In this document: piece after piece, positions 34,901-46,687 of the stretch
How the letters are laid out: each line of letters opens with the position of its first letter
How positions within the stretch are numbered: the first letter of the stretch is position 1
NCBI GenBank assembly: GCA_026025075.1
Contig: JAPEUI010000014.1
Coordinates: 124,001-188,000 of the forward strand
Reading direction: 5' to 3'
DNA: 64,000 nt
DNA from: Vezdaea acicularis
Lineage: Eukaryota
The notes under the pieces: generated by a model
What the model was told of the DNA's origin: nothing
Seen by the model: only the letters and a program-made list of their open reading frames with translations
Databases searched by the model: none
Translations under genes and position numbers: made by a program

Positions 34901-37900
34901 TAGCTTTCGCTGTCAACGATGGTTTGATATGGTTGATGCCCTATTCATTGATCAGCACGTTTACGCGTGTATGCAGATAAGTGAAAACAGAGTATGTTTT
35001 ACGAACCTTGAAAGTCTTAGCAAGGTATTTTAGCCTCACCAAGGGCCGCTTGAGCAAAAACGCAACGTCCACTCGTTCCCCATCTGCGTTGACAATGTCT
35101 CCGTTCTCATCTCTGGGAAGACCGGCTAGCAGTGACTGTTCTTCCGCACTTGGCGTTCTGTGCTTACCCGGTTCACTGTGAAGACGATCATCGGGGTCTG
35201 CAGTAGGGGCAAGATTAACAACAACATCCTGAAAACCCATTCTCCAGGCCTTTAGATAGTCTCCGTAGACCTTCTGAGCACTTTGTGCCCAAAGTAACAA
35301 TCTATCCGAATCGTGAAGGGGTATTCGCTTGTGTAGTGACTTCAACCTTTCCAACGCAATTCCCATGTCCACAATAGGACGAGTGATACTCGGATCATCA
35401 GCGGCACCATGGCCACTAAATAACCCGGCGGCGATTGCAGAATCTGATTTTGAAAGAACACAAGTCAGAAGGACAGGTATCACACCATCAACTAGCGTGC
35501 GAAGCTCCCTCATGTATTTGTTTTCATCTGTCGCTAGTTCCTTTTGAAGGTCGTCCAAAGTCGCCGTGGCGAGCCGGCTGCGATTAGTTCGTATGCTTCT
35601 CGCGGATCGGATAGATTTTCCTGCAGTGTCGGGCAGGGATAAAACCGACACAAGATCTGCATGCGTGGTTAATCGGCGCTTCAAGCTAGTATTCTTGCTT
35701 GGCAATGTAGAAGTCTGTGCAGAATTTTCTGCCTTGATAGTGTTGCTACTTAGCGTCTTTGGAAAGGCCTCAGATTCGGTATTGTCCCTAGCAGTAATCC
35801 CCGATATATCCGATATAGATGGCGCGGCCTCAAGTTGCGTGTGAGCATTGAGAGTATCTACAGATGCTATCGTCGATAATCGATGTCTTCCTGTCTGTGG
35901 AAATGGTCTTCGAGCAGGAATCTCCGGCATGGGCGGGACCGTATTTGGGTCGGATAGATCGATATATGGAGTATCAGGAATCGAAGGCGCAGCTGGGTCT
36001 TCAGCTCGATTATCTTCTCCGAATGATTCTTTGAGTGGTGAAGATTGATGTGTGCGTCTTGTCGGAGATTTCCGCTTGGCACCAGTTCTCTTCAGGCTCG
36101 GTGGGGTCAAAGAAGGGGCGGATTCGACAACATCTGGAGGTTGGACAGGCGATTCAGGAGTAGAACTCTGGGGGGCTGCATCAGGAGTGCGACGTTCTGG
36201 CTCTTCTGAGACATCTCTCGGCGCCTTGGATGAGGAGCTACGATTGCGATGTCTCCGTCTCCTACCACTACCTGTCCAGCTGCCACTGGATTTAATGTTT
36301 GTGGACGAAAGATCCGGATACGGCGCCCTCTCTTCAACGATTGTCTCTATGATCGAGGATTGTCGGGTGAGGTTTTCATGAGTAATTTCGATGACTGGTT
36401 CGGGCGGTATCTCCGGCACCCCATCAACAAACGGATCTGGAGTATCGCTCAGCCAAGCCTCTATCCGATTTCCTTGGTGCTGTGCTGGGGTTTCTGGCGG
36501 TGGAGCGGCCTTTGAAAAAATCCTCTTTCCTTCGTCGAAGACCTCTCGTAGGATGTTTACTTTTGCTATTGGGCTGAATTTTCGTATAGGATACTCTGAT
36601 TTGTCAGGGGCCAGGCCTTTTGTGTAGCTTGACTTTCTACCTTTTCGAGACTCTTCAGCAGATTTGGCAGCTTTGAGCGCAGCAGCAGATGGTGGAGAGA
36701 ACGATCGTCGCTTTGACCGACTGCCCCTACTTGTTCCCGATCCATTATGCCTTGATGGTGTTGTGTGTATAGAAGGCTCTTCTCGTTCACTCCTATCTCC
36801 GCTATGGGACCCATAGGATCTTTGACGTCTCTCTGTAGATCGATGTAGTTCGTCTCTAGGACTCGAGCCGCGGACACGAATGCCATCGTCCTCTATTGGC
36901 TTCCTTGAAGGTGTCAAAAGATCAGACTCCAGCCGCGTTCGACGTGTAGTAGACTCCCGACGATCTGGTTTAATTCGAATGCCATCATCGTTGGGTGAGA
37001 TCTCTGGCGGAGTCCTTGATCTCTCGTCACGATGTTTTCGACGAGACGTGTTACTGCGAATAGGGGTAACTCGAATGCCATCATCAAATGGGAGTTGCTT
37101 CGAAGGAGTATTCTTGTCGTCCCGTTCAGGTTTTGTGCGTTCTGACGAATTATCCCTAATTGGAGTGACACGAATGCCATCGGTCGGTTGGGGACTGCCC
37201 GAGCCATATCGTTTCTTTCCCATACCAGACATACCATCGCCTCTAGGAGCATCACCACGTTTCCTCCAGTGCCCATCACTGACAACGCGTTTAACAGGTC
37301 TCCTCGGAGTTGTTTCGGCCTCATTTTTAGGTTGGTCTTTGGCCTTACGTGCCTCTTGATTCGCTCTCCGTTCCTCTTCCCTCCGCTTGCCCTCTTCTAT
37401 TTTTGCATTACGCTCATCTTCTCTTGCTTGACGTTCTTCTTCTCTTATTCTTCGTGCCACTTCTTTAGCTTTTCGGGCCTCTTCTTTGACTCTTCGCTCC
37501 TCTTCTTCTCGTTGACGAGCCTCTTCCCTAGCCTTGATCTTCGCGTCCTTCCTCGTCCTCGTCTTCATAATCCCGTCGAACTTCTCATCCTCTCCATCCT
37601 TGGAGTCAGCATCCACCTCGCTCACTACTGGCGTCGCTTCAGGTGGGAACAGTGCGGGTTGCTCGATCACACCTCCACCTTGAGCTTGCCATTGTCGTAC
37701 ACGATCTCGGACTGTGTTTGTATCTTGTTGCGCAATAGGTTTGCCTAAGTCCACGGTTTGTCGTTTTGCCTTCGTGCGCTCCCGCACAAGCTCAGCTTTC
37801 ACGGCAGCTCGATCATTGACCGGATCGTTCGATTTCCGCCGTCGAGGCGTCGGACGACCGAGCAAGGCTTCGGCGATTAAGAGTCCGGTCTTAGTCGGGG

Positions 37901-37958
37901 TTGAGGTGTCGCGACGTGCCGATGGCCGTCTTGGAGGTGTAGAGGGGTTCGGAGCCAT
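31979..37958 (-). CDS. Large (~1951 aa) conserved fungal protein with a disordered N-half, a DH-like helical domain and PH-like domains
   Basis: The two long ORFs join through GT-AG introns 35006-34941 and 32096-32039. DH-like ELATDENKYMRELRTLVDGVIPVLL...FLLKRPLVRLKYLAK; PH-like DRWLLFPP and KCRLYER..NWEDKGHARLTV. Confidence 0.8.
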
Positions 37959-38947
37959 TGCCTAGGGCCGTCAAAACGTTAGAGCAGGATTTCGAATGGA
38001 AGGAATGTGCGGTCGCATGGAAGCCACGGGCTAAGATGTCGACAAGAATGTTATCGAGCTCACCTCGCCAACTGGCATATCCGAGTCGCTCATGCGCTCG
38101 TCCTTTTCTACGTGAAGGTCTCATGCGACCGCCATTGAGATATGGATAGGACGCAGAATATTCCACAATTGAGCGACAAGAATTTAGCCCTTAAATAACG
38201 ATCGAGTCTTGAAGCTTTGTGAGCATCTAGTATATGAAGATCTGTTAGAGAACGCTTGGGCCAGTTAGAGGTGTTGCTCAAGTGGCGCTTCCATAGCAAC
38301 GGGGCTCACATGCGAAAGCGAGCCGAATGTCAACACACCACCCTATCCGGCCAAGACCCTCGTCAGAGGATGTTTGAATATCCTCAATTGAGCTCTTGAG
38401 CTTAGTCAGAGCATACGAGGGGACTATCAAAGCGATTCACTTTACGCAACGGCTTATATGTACTGGTTCTTAATGTTTAGGTGCTTGAGACGATTTGTTT
38501 TGACGGAAATCAAACTTTCTGACACCAACAGGCACCATCCTGGTCGCGGCCCCGGCTGGGACAAAACTCTGGACAACAGCGCATGTGCGATCTCCCAAAA
38601 CATTTCAGTATGGATTTAAACCCCCAACGGCTAATAACATGTCAAAATGGGGGCGCTTTGTAGTGTGATGATATAGTGTAATGACCGCCAACATAGCTAT
38701 CGTAGGACAATCCAAACCTTTTTTTCTATCCCAAACCCCAAAGGACCCTCCTGTCTAGACTCATGATCTGCACCGGGAGCACTGCTGTCTAACGATAACT
38801 CGTCATGGCTGCACGTCTCTAAGACCTAACAATCCTCTAATTCCGTAGCAAACATTATGCAGCAGGAGCGAGAGCCATGATAAATGTGGACCTGGACCTG
38901 TCAGGTCCCAACATAGCCGCCTCTAGTCTAATGATGTGATTTCTGGC

Positions 38948-39893
38948 TCAATTCGACTTCTTAGCAGAACCATTTGCATGTAGCGTTTTTGATGCCTTGT
39001 CTAACGCCTTGAATGCCTTCGCGCATGCAGTTATACTGTTATATATTAAGACTAGATTAGAAGTCAGCGTCGGCCATCCTCCGGAAGTCGAAATCTGTTC
39101 CCAACTTACTACAAGGAATCACGACCCAGATGAAGTTGATGGCAACGTAGTACCCCCAGAAGTAGTATGCTTCCGGTCGGGAATATGTTAAACCTTTGTA
39201 ATAATGATCAAAAAGCGCTGTCCCGTAGTATAGAACGTCGCCGTACAGCTGCCCTAACGAGACAATGATCTGTATTGGATGGCGCAATGGGTGGTCCGTT
39301 GTGATGAGTGCTATCAGGGCGAAGGAGAGGGGGCCCCAGCATATCTATAAGGACTCGCTTGTTAGGAGCCTCCTTGTAGAACAGCTTGACTATGAGCTTA
39401 CGGCAGTGATTGATTCCATGCATAGCACGAATGGATCGGAAGTCAGGTATCGCGAGTCAGATAGTGAGTATTCCTTCCACATCTGCCCGAAGAGATTCTG
39501 CGATGGTCCCATAGTCTGGTGATTCAATGCAAAGTATCCTAACCAGATTAGCTACTAGCAAAGCCCTTTCAATTGTGAAGCGCAAACCTTCGAAGAACAA
39601 ATGAATGAACCCGCCTGTCTTGTCAGCCAAATCCTGAGATTGTTATGAGGTAGTAGACAGGGCGTCTCACATAGTGTGAACCACAAGATAGTTGCCTTGT
39701 CTGCACCCCTTAATCCAGAGTGTAGACGAGTCACAATTGCAAGTGTCACAGCAAATATCAACACGCATCCGCCGGCAAAGGAGGCCAAGAGCGTCGGCAC
39801 ATCGTATTCGTTCGCAAGGTAGCCAACGATCTCTACCTCGAGAGGATAATACGGGTGAAGAGGCTCCTTTAAGCTACTTGCTTTAGCCATCAT
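38948..39893 (-). CDS. Emopamil-binding protein family sterol Delta8-Delta7 isomerase
   Basis: Five exons. Spliced LHPYYP...WFTLCGFIHLFFEGYF...QMWKEYSLSDSRYLTSDPFVLCMESITA...RHPIQIIVSLGQLYGDVLYY...YFWGYYVAINFIWVVIP, ending in dilysine-type KKSN*. Confidence 0.93.
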
Positions 39894-40879
39894 GACGGCT
39901 GATATAGTATGGAAATAGAAGAGGCCGAGCAGTGGAGGAGACGAGGAACGTAGCGCAAAAGTATGGGCGGAAACGACGCGTCCTTTCTTTGCACGTGGCG
40001 CGATGGATTTCGGAGAGTTCCGGAGCTGCGGCGCGACCTGCGCTGCAAGGGTGCATCATTCAGGCACACACACAACCCCCACGTTCAACCTTAAATTCTG
40101 CAGAATTTCCTCATTCCGTTTCCTTCCACTACCTAATCACTAAGCATCTCCGGTCGCGTGGCTTCTCCATTTTCTGATAGGAGGAGTACTATTCTATCTT
40201 ACTCTATCTTGATCAATTTCTATTCATACAATTGAAAGCAGCATATGCTGTGCCACGAGGGCTATGCATCGCGCTGATTCCGGAAATGTCTACACGTGTC
40301 GGAACAATGTTCGTTCATCATGCCAGCATATGCCCTACGTTTCATCTGGAGTTCACATTTAGAATATTTATGCAAGCTATGGCTTTTGGACCACTGTTAG
40401 TATAAGACTAGGTGATCGAAAGGCGGTTTGCCAAGACCGTGGCCGAACATGCTGGGAGAAATTTCAAAGTTTACCATCAGAAGCAAAGACTTCAAGGACG
40501 TGAGCATACAACAACGAGAGCTTCTCCTGTGTTCAAGGTGTCTTCTCCCGTGTAGAAACATGAAGCGTTTGCGGGAAACTCACAAAACTTGACAGCATCA
40601 ACCATGGGCGAGCCTATCACCAATCAGAAGACGAAAGCAGGAAAGTGAATTGATTAGATACTGCTCTAGCTGCGATGCATAAACTTTTTCACACCTTTGA
40701 GCTTCCGTATTCGAGCGATGATTCCGCCAAGGATGGCAATTCTCCGCTGAGGCGATTGGCTTTACCAACGAGGTGTCACACAGCCTTATTGTGCAACGAA
40801 CAATCAGTTAACATGTTCTTGGAAAGTTGCATCTGTGCTGTTCCAGGCTCAACTGACTCTATAAGAGAGAGGGAGACAG

Positions 40880-41007
40880 ATATATATATATATATATCAT
40901 ATACGTCCTGAACTTAGGATCTGGGATTGCCCTTCCGAGACGGGAAAGGGAGCGGGGCCACTCTAGAGGGAGCAGCGAGGGAGTAGCGAGGGAGCAGGGG
41001 GGAGCAT
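40880..41007. repeat. (AT)9 microsatellite and three copies of GAGGGAG(C/T)AG(C/G)
   Basis: atatatatatatatatat at 40880-40897; gagggagcagc gagggagtagc gagggagcagg from 40966. Confidence 0.75.
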
Positions 41008-41349
41008 GTCGGGGCAGTTCAACGGCGCAGCAATGGTGGCCTGAAATAGCTCCATCGACATCGGCTTGAGCTACCCTTATTATTGCTCAGCTTCGCCTGC
41101 TACCTGGACATCGCCGCTTCTTATCGAACATCGGTCACCAAAAGTCATACTGCCTGTACACGTTTTGCCTATTTTAGCCTAACCACAAAAAACCATTGCC
41201 GCATTAAGCACCACGTCACCTGTAAGGCTCCGCTAATGATCTATTCAGTGCTAGATAAAAAGGCTGCAACTCTCTGAAACAGAGAGTCCAAATCAGTTCT
41301 CTCAAACTATTAGCTATCGGAAGTTGGCATAAATTGTCAGTAAGCTAAG

Positions 41350-41840
41350 ATGTCCTATGATTCCGAGAAAAGCCGCATGTGGGACGCCAAAAATGATTAC
41401 GAGAGGGACTGGCGGAGACGAGTCTTGGAAGCTCGAGGCAACCCGAGAGCAAAGTATGACCCTAAGTCTAGGTGTCTTAAACTACGACGCAACTAACAAT
41501 GCTTACTAGCGACCCAGACTACCTCCCACCTGCACAGGGTGCCCCGGACTTCGATGAGAATGACCTTCTACATCATCCGCCGCGCGATCCCAATTGTCAA
41601 CATCTAGAGAATTTAGCAAATCATGTCAATTGGAGGAGGTGTGGTGTACATGTCTTCAGCTGGTCAAAATTGACGCACTGGACCTGTGGCAATAACTTCA
41701 GAGATAGTACCACCTACGTGTGCAAGAACGCGATGTGTAGATTCTCGTGGGAAGAGTCGACGAATCGTACTGACTGTGGCAAACACGGTTCGGGACCCCA
41801 TCAGTACGGCATTGATGGACAGGGAAAATGGGATAGTTAG
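41350..41840 (+). CDS. Small two-exon Cys/His/Trp-rich protein (~144 aa) with no recognised family
   Basis: ATG at 41350. Intron 41454-41509 (GTATGA...ACTAAC...TAG) joins MSYDSEKSRMWDAKNDYERDWRRRVLEARGNPRAN in frame to DPDYLPP...GKWDS*. Confidence 0.6.
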
Positions 41841-42612
41841 GCACTCTGGTGATGATTCTGGGCTAACGACCAGGATTGAGGATTTTTTCGTGAAATGACT
41901 AGGGTAGATAGCTTTTATGGACAGTGAATACGTAGTATTCAGGTATAATGACTAGAATGAATGATCAAGAGATGATTACCATTTATCTCCGTATATCATG
42001 CATGACTTCATATAATTAGCGACTGCATCCAAGTCGCGTATGTACGCCACGCATAGATACATGCATGAGACATCAAGGAAATAATTTGCAGTAGAATTTT
42101 CTGATAACTGATGTGGTGGTGGCTGATACAAGTTGAGCATGTGATGGCTCTCGGAAATTGGGCTTCCTCTTATGTTTCGCTTCCACTTCTAGAATAAGTT
42201 ACGTTAGAATATAAATTCAATACTTTTGACTTGCAAGGGTGGAGGAGAGAAAAGGAAAGAAGATGAGAGGAGAGAGAGGAGAAAAGGAGGACGACGAAGC
42301 GGGAGAGAAAAGAAAGAAAGGAAGATGAAGGGAGAGAGGGAAACGTAGACGAACGGGTAGGGCAGTGGGAAGGTGATGAATGAGCAGGAGAGCATAGACA
42401 GGATGGCGTTTGCAGGAAGTCACTAGCATGAGGGCCTAGGCAGGTGTTGGATTGGCAGGGCGGCTTTAGAAGCATGGCATCGAGCTTACACTTTTCAAGC
42501 CCACTTAATACTTTGCAAAGCGCGAAACAATTCGCTCACTACACAACAGTCATCCAGAGTTTCATAGGTGGTAAAACGCAATTTCAAGTCAAATATGCTT
42601 TTTTACTAGTTG

Positions 42613-45600
42613 TTATAGAGCAGGATCCTCGAACCAAGCTTCCATATCCACATGAATTCGCAACTCCTTATCCACCATAACGCCATAGACGGACTTCAAC
42701 TCTCCATCATCCATCACACCCCTCAGATGTGTGAAGGCTAGCATCATGTATTCCTTCGCCCATGGACAGTTCCTCATGCCTCGATAAAAGACTGCTTTCG
42801 CGCTCTTTCCATCTAAACGCTCAACAGCGAACAGCAGGTACATTTTCCACAGCGCTGCGGACTTTCTTCCCACATCGCTTTCAACAGCTCGCTCGAAAAC
42901 GCCTTTCATGCTATGAATGTTCCCACCCATACCCGGGGCCCTAGTCAGCTCGTTGTAAATGCTAAATACCCACCCGATAATCGACTCTGCCTTTCTATGG
43001 AGCACAACATCGCGAACGATGGAGCGGACGCGGTCGTCAACACGGAAACGGGATTCATTCCATGCATATAGTGTCATGAAGATTGTGTTGTTTGGGAAGA
43101 GTTGGAGAGAATCTGTCAGTGCGTTACGGAACTGTGCGGGGCGGTAAGAGTGAGATGTCGTGAAGTGGTGGTAGAGCAATCGAGCGCGGGATTGGTGAAG
43201 AAACTCTAGAGTGGATGAGTTGGTAAGACCTCTTGATGAAAGCGTGTCCAAGCAGGTTTGATAAGCTGAAAGGGCAGGACTGATGTCGAGATTAGATTGG
43301 ATATATTCTAGCATTGAGAGTAGATCAGCATATGCTAGAGCTTGCAGTGTGTACCCGAAGGATATCATAGCCTCGAAGCCGGATTGAAGGTGCTAGCATG
43401 ATTAGTACATGTTTTTTGGGTGAGCTTTCATTACAAAGGCATACCTCTCGGGCTTTCATTGTTAATTGCCCCCTAACGCCACTCCTCCAAGGCTCAAGAG
43501 CCTGTGCTTGCTCATTCTTCAGCGTTTGTAGCTGATTTAGGCCGCCTTGAACACAGAGAAGACGCAGGAATGCTTCCTCTACCTCGCGTCGATCGAAATA
43601 GCTCCAGATCCATGTTTTCCACAAAAGTATAGTGTTCAATCTCTCAGCACTGGTGAAAGAACTGCTCATGCCTAATGCACCCTTGAAGATTTTCTCGGCA
43701 AATTCCGGGCCTCTAAATTCGTATTCGACAATTGCATGTGCATTCCATAGGCGTAAAGACGACGTATCATTTTTCAGTAGTGCTTTGCTTGTTCGATGAA
43801 CGGTCCTGAGAAGGAGTCAGCCGAAGGCAAGAATAATCATGAAAACCGGGCCTACCTTGGTATTATATTGTCAATGTCGCTCTGCGAGGCAAGCTCAAGC
43901 TCAAACGCGATGAAGTACTCTGCAAACTCAATCCCGCCTACCTTCGCGTCAACGAGGCTCTTGAAAGCGCGGTGTATCCAGATATAATCAAGTCCCGAAA
44001 GCGAACATTTTCGAGCCTCGAAAGCGGAAAACCAAGTCTTTTTGCTGCTGTGTACTGTGTCCAATGATGAGAGGAAGTTCTGGAATTTATATCGGAAGGG
44101 GTCTTTAGTGTTTGATGTCCCCTCAGACTCCAAGATAGGGTTAGTGGAGGGAGATTGCGCCCCGAGAAGATCCAAAATTCTTGCTTCAGCTTTTTGAAGA
44201 AGGTCGTTCCTCATGAAAGAGTCTGTCCACCATCCAATTTCGCTATTGGTATGGGCAGCTGACCGAAGTGGTGGCAAATGGCAAAAGCATAGCAGGCCAT
44301 TGAGTAGAATACTGTGAGAGTTGTCCTCGCTGAGCACAAATAGCCATTCCCTTATATCGGAGAATAACACGACACGAAATGGATCGTCTTCAGCAACGTC
44401 GTCCCCTGTTCGTGCAGGGAAGCCAGATTTTATCGCCTGTTTCCTCTCAGTATTTTCCCAGCTCTTCATCAGATTCTTGGTGTCTGGGCTATCCAGGGCC
44501 TCGTCTGTAATGGGATCAGGGACTGGAGAAAACACTCCTCTTGCGACATGGGAAGCCCACCCTGTTGCTTCGGGCTCACCAATGCGACTGACCTCGCTCT
44601 CCCAAAACTCCTCAAATGATGCCAGCCAGGAAAGACCATCATCATTTCGGTGGCCAAACATACGGTGCTGTGGATGCATAAAGAAATGAATCTCTAGCAA
44701 TGCTTGCCAGATCGCAAGAGCGTGCTCATAAAAGCCCGACTCCTGCATATACAGTGTCGCACGGACTAAAATGTATACTAAAAAGTACTCTATCTCCTCT
44801 TTTGAATCAATTGCGGATGAACTAGATTCTAGTATCGTGTGAATCACCTTCAGGCATTCAAGATAAACTCGTTTCATGTTCTCGTACTTAAAGTCAGTGA
44901 AGTTTGTCTGCTCGTAATCAAGATATTTTGTCCACAAAAGAATCGAAGATGGATGATCTCGTAATACCGCTCTCCATTTGTCTTGAAGCTTCTTTGACCT
45001 TTACGTTATGTTAGTGTGCTGGACTTTGTGACATGAAGTTATTATAGCAAGGCAAACATCAAGAGACCGACTTACCCCCATACTTTATTCCCCTCATCCA
45101 TCATCCCTGCAATGAGTTTTACTCTGTTGAGCGCTGTCTGGCCAGCCAACTCAAGAGATTTCTCATACATAGAAAGTTTTATATCAGCTATGCTCAACCT
45201 TTCCGCATTACTGACTTTTCTCCTTTCGGACTGGTCCCCAACACCAAGCAACAGGTCTTGATGTTCAATCAAAGCGAGCCATGCTTCGGTATCGGTTGGA
45301 TCTTCTTCAACAGCACGGGACAATTCGGTATTACGCCGCCGAAGAGCACTGGGTTCATCTGCTGTCTCGGAGATCTCGTTATCGGAACTAGACGGGCTCG
45401 AGGCATATGCAAAACCCAATTCTTCAGGGTGTTCATTCCCTTTCGATTTGCCATTGATAGACCTGTAGTGCCAATCTCCTGCCTCGGAAGACCCGCTGAA
45501 ACTTGTACTCCGATGATCGCGTATTGACTTGATAAACCCGTCAGTTCGTAAAGATATGAAATCTTGGGAGGTGTCAAGGGGTGATGGCTTTGTTAGATTG

Positions 45601-46208
45601 GGCTGCAGTCGAAGCCTTTTAACACTTTGTTTCTCTAGGTGGCGAAAGGGATCCCCTCCCCTTCCAGAGGATGAGTCTCGATGTATGTCACCTATTACAA
45701 GTAACGTGTCCGTACTAGCTGCCCTATCAATTTTTTCGTATCGTGAGAGACCAAGCACGTTACCATAACCTGAACGATGATATGCTGGAACACTGTATCT
45801 GTGCACAGACCCATACTTGATATTTTCCTCATCACCCTGCTTGTCGACCAGAAAGGGGGTTGTCTTGCCATCCCAATCCACAATGCTTCTCTCCGGCGAT
45901 CTCTCATTGCCATGGAGTCCGCCCCTTCTCTCCGACACATGGCGACGATGATCGCAGGGCGCCGTATCCTTGTAGCGCTGCTCGTTACCATCGTATCTTC
46001 CGCAGTCATGGCGTCGGCCCCTCTTTCTATAAGTGGAAGTGCCTTCTTCAATCGAGACTTCGGGTTTTCCGATTACTGTGGGAGGTAACTTTGGGCGAAA
46101 GCTCGTGAACTTAGGTACTGGAGTCTCTCGTGCCTAGTTTCTGAGGGCTGAGCGACCTTTCATGTCAAAAGAGCTTAGATCTTCTCAACTTACTGGCTTG
46201 TTATCCAT
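42613..46208 (-). CDS. NRDE2: NRDE-2 / Nrl1-like HAT/TPR-repeat nuclear RNA-processing factor
   Basis: Micro first exon MDNKP, intron about 46193-46134, then VPKFTSFRPK. D..GDEENIKYGSVHRYSVPAYHRSGYG, LWTKYLD, GFYEHALAIWQALLE, FEEFWESEVSRIGE, DDPFRVVLFSDI, FYRGMRNCPWAK, and ELRIH near the C-terminus. Several internal introns. Confidence 0.88.
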
Positions 46209-46687
46209 TCTAAGGCTGATATACTGCAAGTGCGCAATGTTGCTTCCGACACGAACTGACCCATCTCCAGTGAATCCCCCTCCAGCAATGAGGAATCAAA
46301 CCCCACCTACAAACCCCATGAGCAATCTTGTGATGCACGTTTCAGAACCCATACATACTTATGATCTATCGAAGAATTAGGAGCCAAACTGAAGGATTTT
46401 TTAGTCTGACTCCATACCAATATGCTTCTAGCCATGCGCTTTGGTCTAGATATCGGTTGAGGTTGGCAAGTGTTCCCGCACGGCTCGCGAAAAATTACCC
46501 ATCAGAGAAAAGTGTAAGCAGATTATTTTAGCTTCTGCGTTACTACAAACTCACATCACTATCTTGCGTTAGAGCATTGACGAAGAAGCAGAAATGTCAA
46601 AAGAGGTGCGGGTCGGGTGAGGGTCTGCTACATCTAACACTTGGAAAACAGATACACGCAATTTATGCTCTAGATAAAGTGATAGCT

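Noticed and set aside
38888..38908. Inverted repeat GGACCTG-T-CAGGTCC downstream of the EBP gene
   Set aside because: A 7-bp arm with a 1-nt spacer is too short to distinguish from chance, and there is no TSD or element context.
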